Source of the DNA: an uncultured bacterium
Lineage (GTDB): Bacteria > Chlamydiota > Chlamydiia > Chlamydiales > CAYWQB01
Reading direction: 5' to 3'
NCBI GenBank assembly: GCA_964460785.1
Contig: CAYWQB010000001.1
Location: 308,657-372,656, forward strand
Length of the DNA: 64,000 nucleotides
Part shown: positions 41,756-50,645 of the stretch, piece after piece
Layout: each line of letters begins with the position of its first letter
Position numbering within the stretch: position 1 is the stretch's first letter
The notes under the pieces: model-generated
What the model was told of the DNA's origin: nothing
Database searches by the model: none
Seen by the model: only the letters and a program-made list of their open reading frames with translations
Position numbers and translations under genes: made by a program

Positions 41756-42925
41756 ATGGCAAATCTTGTCCTACTTATCAATGGATTGGCCGATGATCCT
41801 TTACAAGACCTTGGGGGCTTAACACCTCTTGAAATGGCAAAACATCCCAACCTGGATGAAATGCTGGAGAGTGGCGAAGCGCTATCTATTTCTCCCCCAG
41901 CTCCCGCATCATTTCTTAGCAGCCTCCACTCCTTTCTCGCTGGTAAACAGCTGGCCACTTCCCAAGCTCTCAGTGAGGCTGTGGCTTTAGGGCACCAGTT
42001 TTCTCCCAACCAAGGAGCTTTTTCCTGTTTATTTGCATCGATTGGCCAGGGGACTGTGGTTGACCTTTCAGATCATTTGCTGACTGACCGTGAGGGACAA
42101 CTTCTTTGTGAAGTCCTCAACCACACCTTCTCTACAGATGGCTGCCACTTCTATCATGTAGAAAAAAACCGCTTCCTTCTTGTTTCGAATAATTCACATC
42201 TCACGGATCTTCTTCCTTTACATAACAAGCCGATCACACACTTTTTAGAGTCAGAGTGGCGCTCTCTCTTTCCTTCAGCCTCTTTGACAGCAGTCGACCT
42301 TTTGAATCAAATGTGCCAATGTCTAGCCTCTAATGAGATCAATACTCTTAAGGAGGACTTTGAAGAGCCTCCTGTGAATGGACTTGTATTTTTAGAGGGA
42401 GGAAAATGGAATCAGCCTGACCAGACAGCGGCACTCACTCTTCCGGAAGATACCCTTATTATTACTAAAAGCCCTGGAACTGTTGGATTGGCGAAATCTC
42501 TAGGCCTTGATGCCTGGTGTCTTCCAGAAGAGGAAGAAAAATTTTCTCATATCCCACTTGTTCTACACCATCTTCCTGACCTGTTCATGCAACGAAGTAC
42601 CCTCATATGGGAAATTAACTACCTTTGGCGCTGCACATTAAATGGACATCTATTAGAAAAGGTCAAAACAATCGAGTACCTCGACAGGCAACTTCTAAAA
42701 CCTCTTAAGAACTTATACCAATCTTCCCTATCAGGAGGATTGCTTCTCTTTCCTTTAACTCATACATCGATTCATCCTGGGGTTTGCTCTGATGGTGCTG
42801 TTCCTGGGGTTTGGTTTCCCAAACATGGCCTGAAACACCCTTCTGTCACGTTCACAGAAAAGATTACAGAAGCCTCTTCTAGCTCTCAGCTAGCCATTGA
42901 GCAACTATCACAAACCCTACCCTAA
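41756..42925 (+). CDS. Metalloenzyme-superfamily protein resembling archaeal-type cofactor-independent phosphoglycerate mutase (ApgM-like), possibly non-catalytic
   Basis: The N-terminal LVLLINGLADDPLQDLGGLTPLEMAKHPNLDEMLESGE parallels ApgM (..DG.aD.p...LggkTPLe.A.tPn.D.la..G). The first Asp of the DG motif is replaced by Asn. Confidence 0.45.
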   Translation: MANLVLLINGLADDPLQDLGGLTPLEMAKHPNLDEMLESGEALSISPPAPASFLSSLHSFLAGKQLATSQALSEAVALGHQFSPNQGAFSCLFASIGQGTVVDLSDHLLTDREGQLLCEVLNHTFSTDGCHFYHVEKNRFLLVSNNSHLTDLLPLHNKPITHFLESEWRSLFPSASLTAVDLLNQMCQCLASNEINTLKEDFEEPPVNGLVFLEGGKWNQPDQTAALTLPEDTLIITKSPGTVGLAKSLGLDAWCLPEEEEKFSHIPLVLHHLPDLFMQRSTLIWEINYLWRCTLNGHLLEKVKTIEYLDRQLLKPLKNLYQSSLSGGLLLFPLTHTSIHPGVCSDGAVPGVWFPKHGLKHPSVTFTEKITEASSSSQLAIEQLSQTLP

Positions 42926-43912
42926 GTTACCTGAAACATCTATAGGGTTTCTTTTTGACCATTTTTCTAAGGCATAAAAAGTCAGTAACCCTACCGCAAA
43001 TAAAGAAAGGGAAATCCATAATAAGGGTGTTGTGTACGCGGGCATATAAGCATGAGAAGGAGTTAGAAGCGCCTGATTGTTGCCTACCTGGACGTATTGC
43101 CACTCCCAAAAAGGCCATAAACTGGGAGATGCTCCTAGCATAATTCCAGCAAAAAAACTGACTGTTTGATCAGGTATTACTCGTAAAGCAAAGGCAATTA
43201 AGCGTGCAAAAAGAAGCACGCCAACAAGAATGCCGGCTGCTAGAACAGACAAAAAAGCTAGAATATCCACAGGGACATTCCATGAGAAAGCCCCTTCTGT
43301 AAAAAGCCGAATTGCTGTGATCACAAATGGATAGAGACCCATAATATGCAGTAAGTAACTACCGGAGATCCCTGGCAGCATCATAGCAAAAACAGCAAGC
43401 ATCCCAGAAAAAAAGACACGAGCTAGCCATACTCCTTCAGTAGAAAAACGCAAAGGAGCTCCAATAGAGGGCCCTCCAGGCTGCATCACAAAAAGGCAGG
43501 TTGCTAAGGTCGCTACCAAAAAAAGAGCCGTATTGCCCAATGAGCGTCGCCTCACCTGCTTCAAGCAATAAATTGCTGAAGCTAAAATAAGCCCTAAAAA
43601 AAGAGCATGTAATCCAGAACGGGCGGTAGGGTGGTTGAGGCAATAGTGAATCAGGTGGGTAAAGCCGAGAATTGCAACGCCCATCCCCATAAGCAAGGCG
43701 ATTAAAAAACGCCAAGGAAGATAGCGAGATAGGGTTTTCCACTTAAATGTAACCGCAAGATGTAAGGCATGTGTATCAACTTTGCTAATTGCCTCGCATA
43801 AAGGCGCATATAGCCCAACAACAAAAGCGATGGTCCCAGAAGAGACCCCGGGGATTAGCTCTGCAATCCCCATAAGCCCCCCCCTTAGAAAAACACCTGT
43901 CTCTCGGCGCAT
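42917..43912 (-). CDS. DUF368 family membrane protein (PopT-like putative polyprenyl-phosphate transporter)
   Basis: Polytopic membrane protein with the duplicated signature IPGVSSGTIAFVVGLY and LPGISGSYLLHIMGLY. Confidence 0.75.
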   Translation of the reverse strand: MRRETGVFLRGGLMGIAELIPGVSSGTIAFVVGLYAPLCEAISKVDTHALHLAVTFKWKTLSRYLPWRFLIALLMGMGVAILGFTHLIHYCLNHPTARSGLHALFLGLILASAIYCLKQVRRRSLGNTALFLVATLATCLFVMQPGGPSIGAPLRFSTEGVWLARVFFSGMLAVFAMMLPGISGSYLLHIMGLYPFVITAIRLFTEGAFSWNVPVDILAFLSVLAAGILVGVLLFARLIAFALRVIPDQTVSFFAGIMLGASPSLWPFWEWQYVQVGNNQALLTPSHAYMPAYTTPLLWISLSLFAVGLLTFYALEKWSKRNPIDVSGNLG

Positions 43913-43913
43913 G

Positions 43914-44339
43914 TTAAAGCAACCCTAGGTAAGAAGCGAATGCCCATGCAGCCCCAAGTAAAATCCCAAAGCCTGCAATCCACATCAAACTTGGAAGCCA
44001 CTTCACCCCCTGACCGGGACTGTTGCGCATCTCTACAGAGCCGATTCCATAGGCAAAGCTTTGGGTACTTTGCTCTTGCCTAGGGAAGAGGCTTGCAACC
44101 TGCTTGCGACAATCATCTGTATTAAGGCCTAAAAAAATTGCATACTGCTCTACAAAGCCTCGTGCATAAACAGGAGAAATTAACTGTGAAATCTCTCCTC
44201 TTTCAATCGCTTCTAAATGATTCATTCGAATAGAAGTTGCAGCTTCCACTTCTTTAAGAGAAAGGTTCATTTCTTGCCTTCTTAGGCGAAACTCTTCTCC
44301 AAGACTTTGCTGCTGCTGTTTTGCATGCTGAACGGACAT
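43914..44339 (-). CDS. rodZ: RodZ-like helix-turn-helix membrane protein
   Basis: N-terminal XRE-type HTH (LGEEFRLRRQEMNLSLKEVEAATSIRMNHLEAIERGE...ARGFVEQYA) and a C-terminal TM helix. Divergent from RNase HIII. Confidence 0.6.
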   Translation of the reverse strand: MSVQHAKQQQQSLGEEFRLRRQEMNLSLKEVEAATSIRMNHLEAIERGEISQLISPVYARGFVEQYAIFLGLNTDDCRKQVASLFPRQEQSTQSFAYGIGSVEMRNSPGQGVKWLPSLMWIAGFGILLGAAWAFASYLGLL

Positions 44340-44671
44340 GGGACCCTCAAGGTATTCCTTTTAATCCCCTGAAGATACTTACATATCGCATTTAAGGCAA
44401 TTTAGCCTGGAAGAACGAGCATAAATTAGGCTGTCTATCACCTCATTAATAGGCTAATACTATTAAACCAATATATAAGAAATAAAATTACATCATATTA
44501 TTTAAGTCATGAAAACCTATTATCCCTTCTAATTTATCGTGACCAACCTATCTAGGTGAGCTCTTAAAAAGATAAGAATGCACGACCAGGCGGGTAGTAA
44601 AATAGCAATTTTCTTGACTCACCAAAAGGATCCTTTAAACTAGCCTTTTTTACTGAAAAAACAGCCCCTTT

Positions 44672-45568
44672 ATGACACAAAAGCCCAAGACATTTGTTAC
44701 CACAATCTCTGCAGACCAATCGAGAGCTCTACGCTCACTACTTGAAGAGCAAAGTTTTGCATTCTCACAACCCCCCTATTCTTCTTTTTCAGGTAAAAAA
44801 AAGGGCCTTTCGATCACACTATACGAATCAGGAAAGCTAGTGGTTCAAGGAAAAGAGATGAAAGAGTTCATCGAATTTTATCTTGAGCCTCAAATCTTAA
44901 AAACCTTTGAGTTTACTCACCCTCATGCAAATTTAGACCGCACAGGACGCATTGGCCAAGATGAATCAGGGAAAGGAGATTACTTTGGCCCTTTGGTTAT
45001 CACGGGTGTGTATGCAGCCCCTGAGTCTATTGAAACTCTTTGTGATATTGGCGTGACAGACTCTAAGCGCATCTCTGATGAACGCATTCCTAAACTCGCT
45101 AGCGACATCAAAAAGCTCTGCCAACACAAAAACCTTGTTCTTTCTCCCACAGCATATAACCGCCTCTATCAGCAATTTGGAAACCTGAATCACATGATGG
45201 CTTGGGCTCACAGTAAGGTTCTAGTGGAGCTTTTTTCTCTCACAAATGCGCAGAAAGCTATCATTGACCAATTTGCTCATGAAAGCTTGGTCAAGCGCTT
45301 TCTTCAAGGCAAAGCATTTCCTAAAGAGATTATTCAAGTCCCTAGAGCAGAGTCTGACCCTGTTGTTGCAGCTGCATCTATCTTAGCAAGAGATCGTTTT
45401 CTGAATGAGCTCCATAACCTCTCTGAAAAGTATGCGATCCAGCTCCCAAAAGGAGCCTCACAACTTACAATACAAGCAGGACAGCAGTTTGTCTCTAAAT
45501 ATGGTAAAGAGCAGCTCGTTGAGGTTGCAAAGCTTCACTTTCAAACTACACAAAAAATCACTCATTAA
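44672..45568 (+). CDS. rnhC: Ribonuclease HIII
   Basis: 298 aa. An N-terminal TBP-like extension precedes an RNase HII/HIII core (GQDESGKGDYFGPLVITGVY, DSKRISD). Confidence 0.85.
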   Translation: MTQKPKTFVTTISADQSRALRSLLEEQSFAFSQPPYSSFSGKKKGLSITLYESGKLVVQGKEMKEFIEFYLEPQILKTFEFTHPHANLDRTGRIGQDESGKGDYFGPLVITGVYAAPESIETLCDIGVTDSKRISDERIPKLASDIKKLCQHKNLVLSPTAYNRLYQQFGNLNHMMAWAHSKVLVELFSLTNAQKAIIDQFAHESLVKRFLQGKAFPKEIIQVPRAESDPVVAAASILARDRFLNELHNLSEKYAIQLPKGASQLTIQAGQQFVSKYGKEQLVEVAKLHFQTTQKITH

Positions 45569-46061
45569 AATGGAAAGTAGCTGCATCGAGCTTTAGTAAT
45601 AGGCTTCCTCTATCAATACCACCAGAGCTTTGAATAGGCCAGCCTACCAAAATGAAAAAAGCCCCTGCTGCAGGAGAGTAGTAGCTCCCTGTTTGCTGAT
45701 ACTCCCTATCTTCAACTAGAAGGCGTATAAATTGATGCTCTTGATCTGAGAGAGTCTCTACATCCTCTGGGAAGTCAGCAAGCAAGCTACCTGCTCGGTT
45801 ATATAGCTGTAGCCTAGCAATGCCATCTACACCAGAAGAGAATGACTGAAATACTTTTTTAATTGTATTTTGCGTAACTGCATCTGGTTTTGTTTTGCTA
45901 TCTTCATAGTCAATAAGCGCTTGTTGAATAGCGTCGGCTTGAGTCAACTCACTTAGCTTACTATACGCCCAAGATCGGACCTCTTCTGACTGCTCAGCAC
46001 AAAGTTTTTCCCCTATAAACAGGCTACATAACAAAAAGATCACACAAAGGCTTTTCTTCAT
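45558..46061 (-). CDS. Secreted/periplasmic hypothetical protein
   Basis: The start at MKKSLCVIFLLCSLFIG has GGAGG about 10 nt upstream. It has a signal peptide and no recognised domain. Confidence 0.5.
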   Translation of the reverse strand: MKKSLCVIFLLCSLFIGEKLCAEQSEEVRSWAYSKLSELTQADAIQQALIDYEDSKTKPDAVTQNTIKKVFQSFSSGVDGIARLQLYNRAGSLLADFPEDVETLSDQEHQFIRLLVEDREYQQTGSYYSPAAGAFFILVGWPIQSSGGIDRGSLLLKLDAATFHFNE

Positions 46062-46237
46062 TGACCACAGACCTCCCCACAAATATATAAATAACACTCT
46101 ATACTTTTTGCAATGAATGAAGACAATACCACTTTAGTCTCCGCAATAAAAAAATATTTACAAAATATCTTCCAAACTGCATTCATGAATCCATGTCCAA
46201 AACTATAACCCAAAAGCGCAAGTAAGGAGTTCATGTT

Positions 46238-46666
46238 ATGAAACTTAAGGCTTTTATTTTTATGGGAGCTATGTCTGCTCTCGCTCTTCTCTCTTCCTGT
46301 GCAAACTCCGGCAATGAGTGTGGCTCATGCAGCAGCAGCTGTGGTTCAGACATGAAGTGTGGAGCTAGTACGGAGCAACATACAACAACGAGTCAGCAAC
46401 AAGCTGCTAATCAGGAAGAAGAAGCTAGCCATCAGCAAGCAGCAAATCAACAAGAAGACGCTAGTCACCAGCAAGCAACAAGTCAACAAGAAGAAGCTAG
46501 CCAGCAACCAACAGCAACATCTATGACTTGTGGTGCTGAAGCTCAAGCATCTACGGAAGGAAATTCTTCAACAAATACAAATAACTGCGGCTCCAGCAGC
46601 GAGGCAAATAGCTTCAGTGAAGCAACAAGCCAGGCAACTACATACAATAAGACACAAAGCATGTAA
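46238..46666 (+). CDS. Cys- and Gln-rich repeat lipoprotein
   Basis: SD TAAGGAG. Signal peptide with lipobox (LLSSC). Cys cluster CGSCSSSCGSDMKCG. Three 12-aa repeats (QQQAANQEEEAS/HQQAANQQEDAS/HQQATSQQEEAS). Confidence 0.6.
   Translation: MKLKAFIFMGAMSALALLSSCANSGNECGSCSSSCGSDMKCGASTEQHTTTSQQQAANQEEEASHQQAANQQEDASHQQATSQQEEASQQPTATSMTCGAEAQASTEGNSSTNTNNCGSSSEANSFSEATSQATTYNKTQSM
46394..46501 (+). repeat. Three tandem 36-bp coding repeats
   Basis: Units at 46394-46429, 46430-46465 and 46466-46501. They are near-identical at the nucleotide level (CAYCAGCAAGCARCAARTCAACAAGAAGA...GCTAG). Confidence 0.85.
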
Positions 46667-46692
46667 GCTTTTTCTCTTCAAGCCCTACTCCT

Positions 46693-47472
46693 TTAATGAG
46701 AAGTTAGGGCTTGCCTCTCTTTTAGGAGAACCTGCAAAGCAAATAACTGCTTTTCCACAGCAATCTCCTCTTCACCAAGAACTTCTAGCTCTTTTTTTCG
46801 CAAAGCAGCTTCCCCTCCAGCCTCTTCTAAAAGACGATCTCTTTTGAAAAGCAAGGAAACAATCTGTGGACGAAACAAGATGATCATCTCTTTTAGCCAT
46901 TGGTTCAAGGCATAAGAAGGGCTTGTATGTGTAATAGAAAATTGGCTCAATGCCCGCGCTGTATCGCTTGCTGAGTACCATGCTTCATCGGTCACCCATT
47001 GATTAATCATAAAAACTTTTCTAGGCGCTCCCCATGCATCAATAGAAAGTCCAAAAAGATGAACTACATGGCGCTCATTATCAAAAAAAGCCGGCTGTAT
47101 GTCTGGGTCAAGCCCCTTTTCATACACAAAGAGATGAAAGTGGCCGTGCTCTTGGGGACGATGGGCATGGTAGAAATACTTACTATATGTTGTGGGATCA
47201 AACACACCTTGTCTAGGGAAACGCTTACCTTTCTTAAAAGAGCCTTCTCCACGCATTAGCTCATGTAAAACAGAGCTTTTACCACGTGTGATCCGGGCAT
47301 TCCAGCGCTGGACCCTTTGCCCCGCTTGCCACATTTTTAAAAGGTCTGAAGTTGAGTAGCGCTTCAATAGGCGCAAGTTTTGCTCTATCTGCAGACTTTC
47401 CTCAAGCTCGATTCCTTGCAAAGGGAATACGGCAATCAAGATTTGGCAAATCCAAAAGCAACACGCTCTCAT
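46693..47472 (-). CDS. Exported hypothetical protein
   Basis: 259-aa ORF with a hydrophobic N-terminus (MRACCFWICQILIAVFPLQG) and a His-rich patch (YHAHRPQEHGHFHLF). Family not recognised. Confidence 0.5.
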   Translation of the reverse strand: MRACCFWICQILIAVFPLQGIELEESLQIEQNLRLLKRYSTSDLLKMWQAGQRVQRWNARITRGKSSVLHELMRGEGSFKKGKRFPRQGVFDPTTYSKYFYHAHRPQEHGHFHLFVYEKGLDPDIQPAFFDNERHVVHLFGLSIDAWGAPRKVFMINQWVTDEAWYSASDTARALSQFSITHTSPSYALNQWLKEMIILFRPQIVSLLFKRDRLLEEAGGEAALRKKELEVLGEEEIAVEKQLFALQVLLKERQALTSH

Positions 47473-47541
47473 AGCTCTCCTCTAGAGATTAATCTAACCT
47501 CACGATACAACGGTTCAAAAGGTAACACAGATGAGTCTATT

Positions 47542-49203
47542 ATGCTCAAAGTGAAAAGATATCCAGGCGAACGCCTGCCTATTTTTCAGGTATCCACCAA
47601 AGAAGAGCTAGGCCTTTATGCAGCTCTTCACTTTTTAAAGTGGGTCTCTTCACACCCTCCTGGCCTGATTGCTCTAGCTACTGGACGCACCCCACGCTCT
47701 TTTTGGAAGGCCCTTCACACTTTCAAGCAAAACCCCAAACAACTCATCGAGCATCAGCTCCCTGAAAACATCTGGGCAAAGGTACAGCAGCTCTCCCTTG
47801 TTCAACTGGATGAATATGTTTCCCTTTCTCCCTCTGACCCTCGCTCTTTTCGAGAGGAAATCTTATGCACTCACCTTCCCTGCTTATCGATTCCCAAAGA
47901 AAGGTGCCTGTTAATCAGCAGTGATCAGTGGAAAGCCTCTCCTCAATCATATGCAAAAGAGTATGAAGAACAAATCCGCCAACGAGGAGATATTCAATAT
48001 TTTCTTGGGGGCTTAGGCCCCGATGGTCATGTTGCTTTCAATTTTCCTGGGAGCCCTTTTCGCTCACTCTCTAGAGAGGTCCTTTTCAATAAAAGTAGTG
48101 CTGCCTACGCTGCTAGAACCTTCGGAGGCATAGATGAGGCCAGCAAGCAAAAACTCTTTACTGTCGGCTTACATACCCTTCGTAGAGCGAAGTCTTGCCA
48201 TCACCTCTTTCTTGTTGACTCTAGAATCAAACAAGAAGCTCTTGCAAAAGCAACCCTCTGTGCCCCTAGCCCGCGAGCCCCTCTATCAGCCTGGCAGTCC
48301 TGCAAACACACCACGATTCTAGCCACAGACACGGCTTGTCAAAAGCTTCCTCACCGCAAAAAAGAAGCAAAAACCTCTCCCCAACAGATTCTCCAAGCTC
48401 TTCGTCCTCTTACAACAAAAAAAATCCTCCACACAGCCCCACACCACGATGACCTCTTCTTAGCTTATTTTCCATGGATCAAACAGCTTGCATCACAAAA
48501 GACATCTCAAACAATTCTCTACTTCATGCCAGGGTATCGAGGGGTCACAGATAAGTATTGTGAAAAAGTTCGGCAACAATTACCAGCCAGCTCTCAAAAC
48601 GAGTTAAAAACCAGCATTCGAGAAAGAGAAGCTTGCCAGGCATGGAAACATGGGAGCAAGCGCCCTCCAAGTCTCATTCACTTACGCGCTAGCTGCTATG
48701 AGCAGACGACGCCCAAAGCTCTTGCAGAGGATAAAAACAAATTTAAAAATGCCTTGCTCAAGCACAGGCCCGACTCTCTATCATTTGCCTTAGACCCGCA
48801 AGTCGATGCTCCCACCTCTCATTGGCAATGCTTGGAAATTGTGTATCACACCTTAAAAGAACTTCCAGCTCCTCTTCCTACATTACTTGCTTACCGCAAT
48901 GTTTGGAGCCAAATGCCTATAGAAAAAGCAGATCTTATTCTCTGTTTTTCTGGAGCTCAACTAAGAAAGATGCAGACTTTTTTTCCACAAGTCTTTCCTT
49001 CTCAAGAGCCGGCCCTTTTTCCTTCTCCCCTTGCTCCAGATTCTTTTGGGCACCTAGCTGTTCACCACTTAAAAGAGCAGTATCAGCAAGTTTGTGACTT
49101 CATAGGAAAAGAGAAACTACCTAAAACAACAAGAGGGTGTGCCTTCATATGGAGGCCCACCCTCTCGGATTTACACGCTTATCTCCAAAGAGGAGACTTT
49201 TAA
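47542..49203 (+). CDS. Fusion protein: NagB/6-phosphogluconolactonase-like sugar-phosphate isomerase domain plus LmbE/PIG-L-like deacetylase domain
   Basis: The N-terminal domain has ALATGRTP, LDEYV and GLGPDGHVAFNFPGS (NagB-type). The C-terminal half has HTAPHHDDLFLAY, resembling the LmbE AHPDDE motif. The ATG at 47542 was chosen because the longer ORF overlaps the divergent neighbour. Confidence 0.65.
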   Translation: MLKVKRYPGERLPIFQVSTKEELGLYAALHFLKWVSSHPPGLIALATGRTPRSFWKALHTFKQNPKQLIEHQLPENIWAKVQQLSLVQLDEYVSLSPSDPRSFREEILCTHLPCLSIPKERCLLISSDQWKASPQSYAKEYEEQIRQRGDIQYFLGGLGPDGHVAFNFPGSPFRSLSREVLFNKSSAAYAARTFGGIDEASKQKLFTVGLHTLRRAKSCHHLFLVDSRIKQEALAKATLCAPSPRAPLSAWQSCKHTTILATDTACQKLPHRKKEAKTSPQQILQALRPLTTKKILHTAPHHDDLFLAYFPWIKQLASQKTSQTILYFMPGYRGVTDKYCEKVRQQLPASSQNELKTSIREREACQAWKHGSKRPPSLIHLRASCYEQTTPKALAEDKNKFKNALLKHRPDSLSFALDPQVDAPTSHWQCLEIVYHTLKELPAPLPTLLAYRNVWSQMPIEKADLILCFSGAQLRKMQTFFPQVFPSQEPALFPSPLAPDSFGHLAVHHLKEQYQQVCDFIGKEKLPKTTRGCAFIWRPTLSDLHAYLQRGDF

Positions 49204-50093
49204 TACCCACAGTCGATGGAGACCCCAAAGAATGTAGGACTTTTCATCTTGAATCTTTGCTTGTCTTTCCCGTGCTCATTATAAACTTCAAGCTCTGTGC
49301 CGAAACCAACACCACCGAATACTTTGACAACAAGACCTATAGGGAGGTTATAAAAGACTCCTAGCTGTGCAGCTTTTGAGGAGTACTCAAAAATTCCTTT
49401 TGAAAGAGCTTCTTCTTTCTTCAGCCTCTTTCTCAACTGCATCCAACGAAGACTCAGCTCTGCTCCCCATTGTTCATCAATCATATAGGTAAGAGACCCC
49501 ATGAAAGGGAAGACAAGGTTAAGCATCCACTGCTCATTCCAGTTATAATTGATCCCCAGAATAGGATACACTCGATGATCTTTCATCCCCAGCCAAGAAA
49601 CGACGCCAATATTAAATAGACGTTCTTCGTCATAAGCATAGCGTCCCCATAAAAACACCGCGTAGGATGTATATTTTGAAAGCCCTGATGGCGAGGTCTG
49701 GAAATCGGCTCCAGCTCCTAATTGCCAGGTCCAGTGATCATCGAAGGGATAGGCTAAAGCAAGCTTTGCTAGTATACTCTTGAAGTCTTCTTGTTTGAAA
49801 AAAGGATTTTCTTTCCATCGTAACCGGGCATTCCGAAACCCTAAGTCCGCAAGGACTGAGAGCTCTTCTTTCTGCATAGGCTCTTCATAGCTAATAGAAA
49901 CCTCACCCTCAGAAAACTTCATCGACTCTCCTGAGAAAGAGTCACCTTTAAAATCCGCTTTGCCCGATGTAAAATATTCAGCAGACCAATCTAGGTTTTG
50001 GAAAAAACGTGGCTTTGATTCCTCCATTGAAGCCTTTGCATGAAGGCTTCCTCCCAATAAAAGACAAGCAATTCCTAACCACATCTGTTTCAT
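49200..50093 (-). CDS. Putative outer-membrane beta-barrel protein
   Basis: Signal peptide (MKQMWLGIACLLLGGSLHA), alternating hydrophobic beta-strand pattern rich in aromatic residues, and a C-terminal aromatic residue (..SIDCGY). Confidence 0.45.
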   Translation of the reverse strand: MKQMWLGIACLLLGGSLHAKASMEESKPRFFQNLDWSAEYFTSGKADFKGDSFSGESMKFSEGEVSISYEEPMQKEELSVLADLGFRNARLRWKENPFFKQEDFKSILAKLALAYPFDDHWTWQLGAGADFQTSPSGLSKYTSYAVFLWGRYAYDEERLFNIGVVSWLGMKDHRVYPILGINYNWNEQWMLNLVFPFMGSLTYMIDEQWGAELSLRWMQLRKRLKKEEALSKGIFEYSSKAAQLGVFYNLPIGLVVKVFGGVGFGTELEVYNEHGKDKQRFKMKSPTFFGVSIDCGY

Positions 50094-50342
50094 ACAAAAC
50101 CTCCTATTCGCATTTTTGATATGGAAAAATATTTATCAAGATGCTCGATTTAGCAAAACCTTTTTTGGTACACAAACCATAGAAACAAGTCTAATTTAAC
50201 AAGAAGAAAAAATTATTTTTGTAAAAACATTGAGCAAACAATTTAAATTATTTATTGGTGTTCATTCCGGTATTATACTTGAATTTTATTCCTTACGAAC
50301 TCTAGACTGACTCCTTTTTGGCGCAACTTTTCGAGTATAAAT

Positions 50343-50645
50343 ATGTCAGAACTTGATCTAAATTCCATTAAGAACCTGAGTGATCTGTGCCGCATTGCTT
50401 GCTCAGATGATGAAGCTGAATCCATTCTTGCTGATCTCAACCAGACCCTCGACTTCATCCAAAAGCTTCAAGACCTAGATACAGAAAATGTGCGCCCTTG
50501 CTACCAAGTGCAAGACCATCTGGAAAACGTATTTCGTGATGACCGCGTCTCTTCTTCCTATCCCCGAGATGAGTTCTTAAATAATGCCCCTGCACAAGTA
50601 GGTGGAATGATCCGCGTTCCACCAGTGATTGAAGCGAATAAATGA
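50343..50645 (+). CDS. gatC: Glu/Asp-tRNA amidotransferase subunit C
   Basis: 100 aa. LCRIACSDDEAESILADLNQTLDFIQKL is typical of GatC. It is first in a gatCAB operon with 4-nt overlaps. Confidence 0.9.
   Translation: MSELDLNSIKNLSDLCRIACSDDEAESILADLNQTLDFIQKLQDLDTENVRPCYQVQDHLENVFRDDRVSSSYPRDEFLNNAPAQVGGMIRVPPVIEANK

Noticed and set aside
44340-44671. 330-nt AT-rich spacer between the rodZ-like gene and rnhC as a possible tRNA or sRNA locus
   Set aside because: I found no cloverleaf-compatible segments or strong terminator hairpin. It is most simply two divergent promoters. An sRNA cannot be excluded without expression data.
46346-46546. 66-aa minus-strand ORF and the overlapping plus-strand ORF at 46530-46847
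   Set aside because: The first is an antisense artefact of the Gln-codon repeat region. The second overlaps two better-supported genes.
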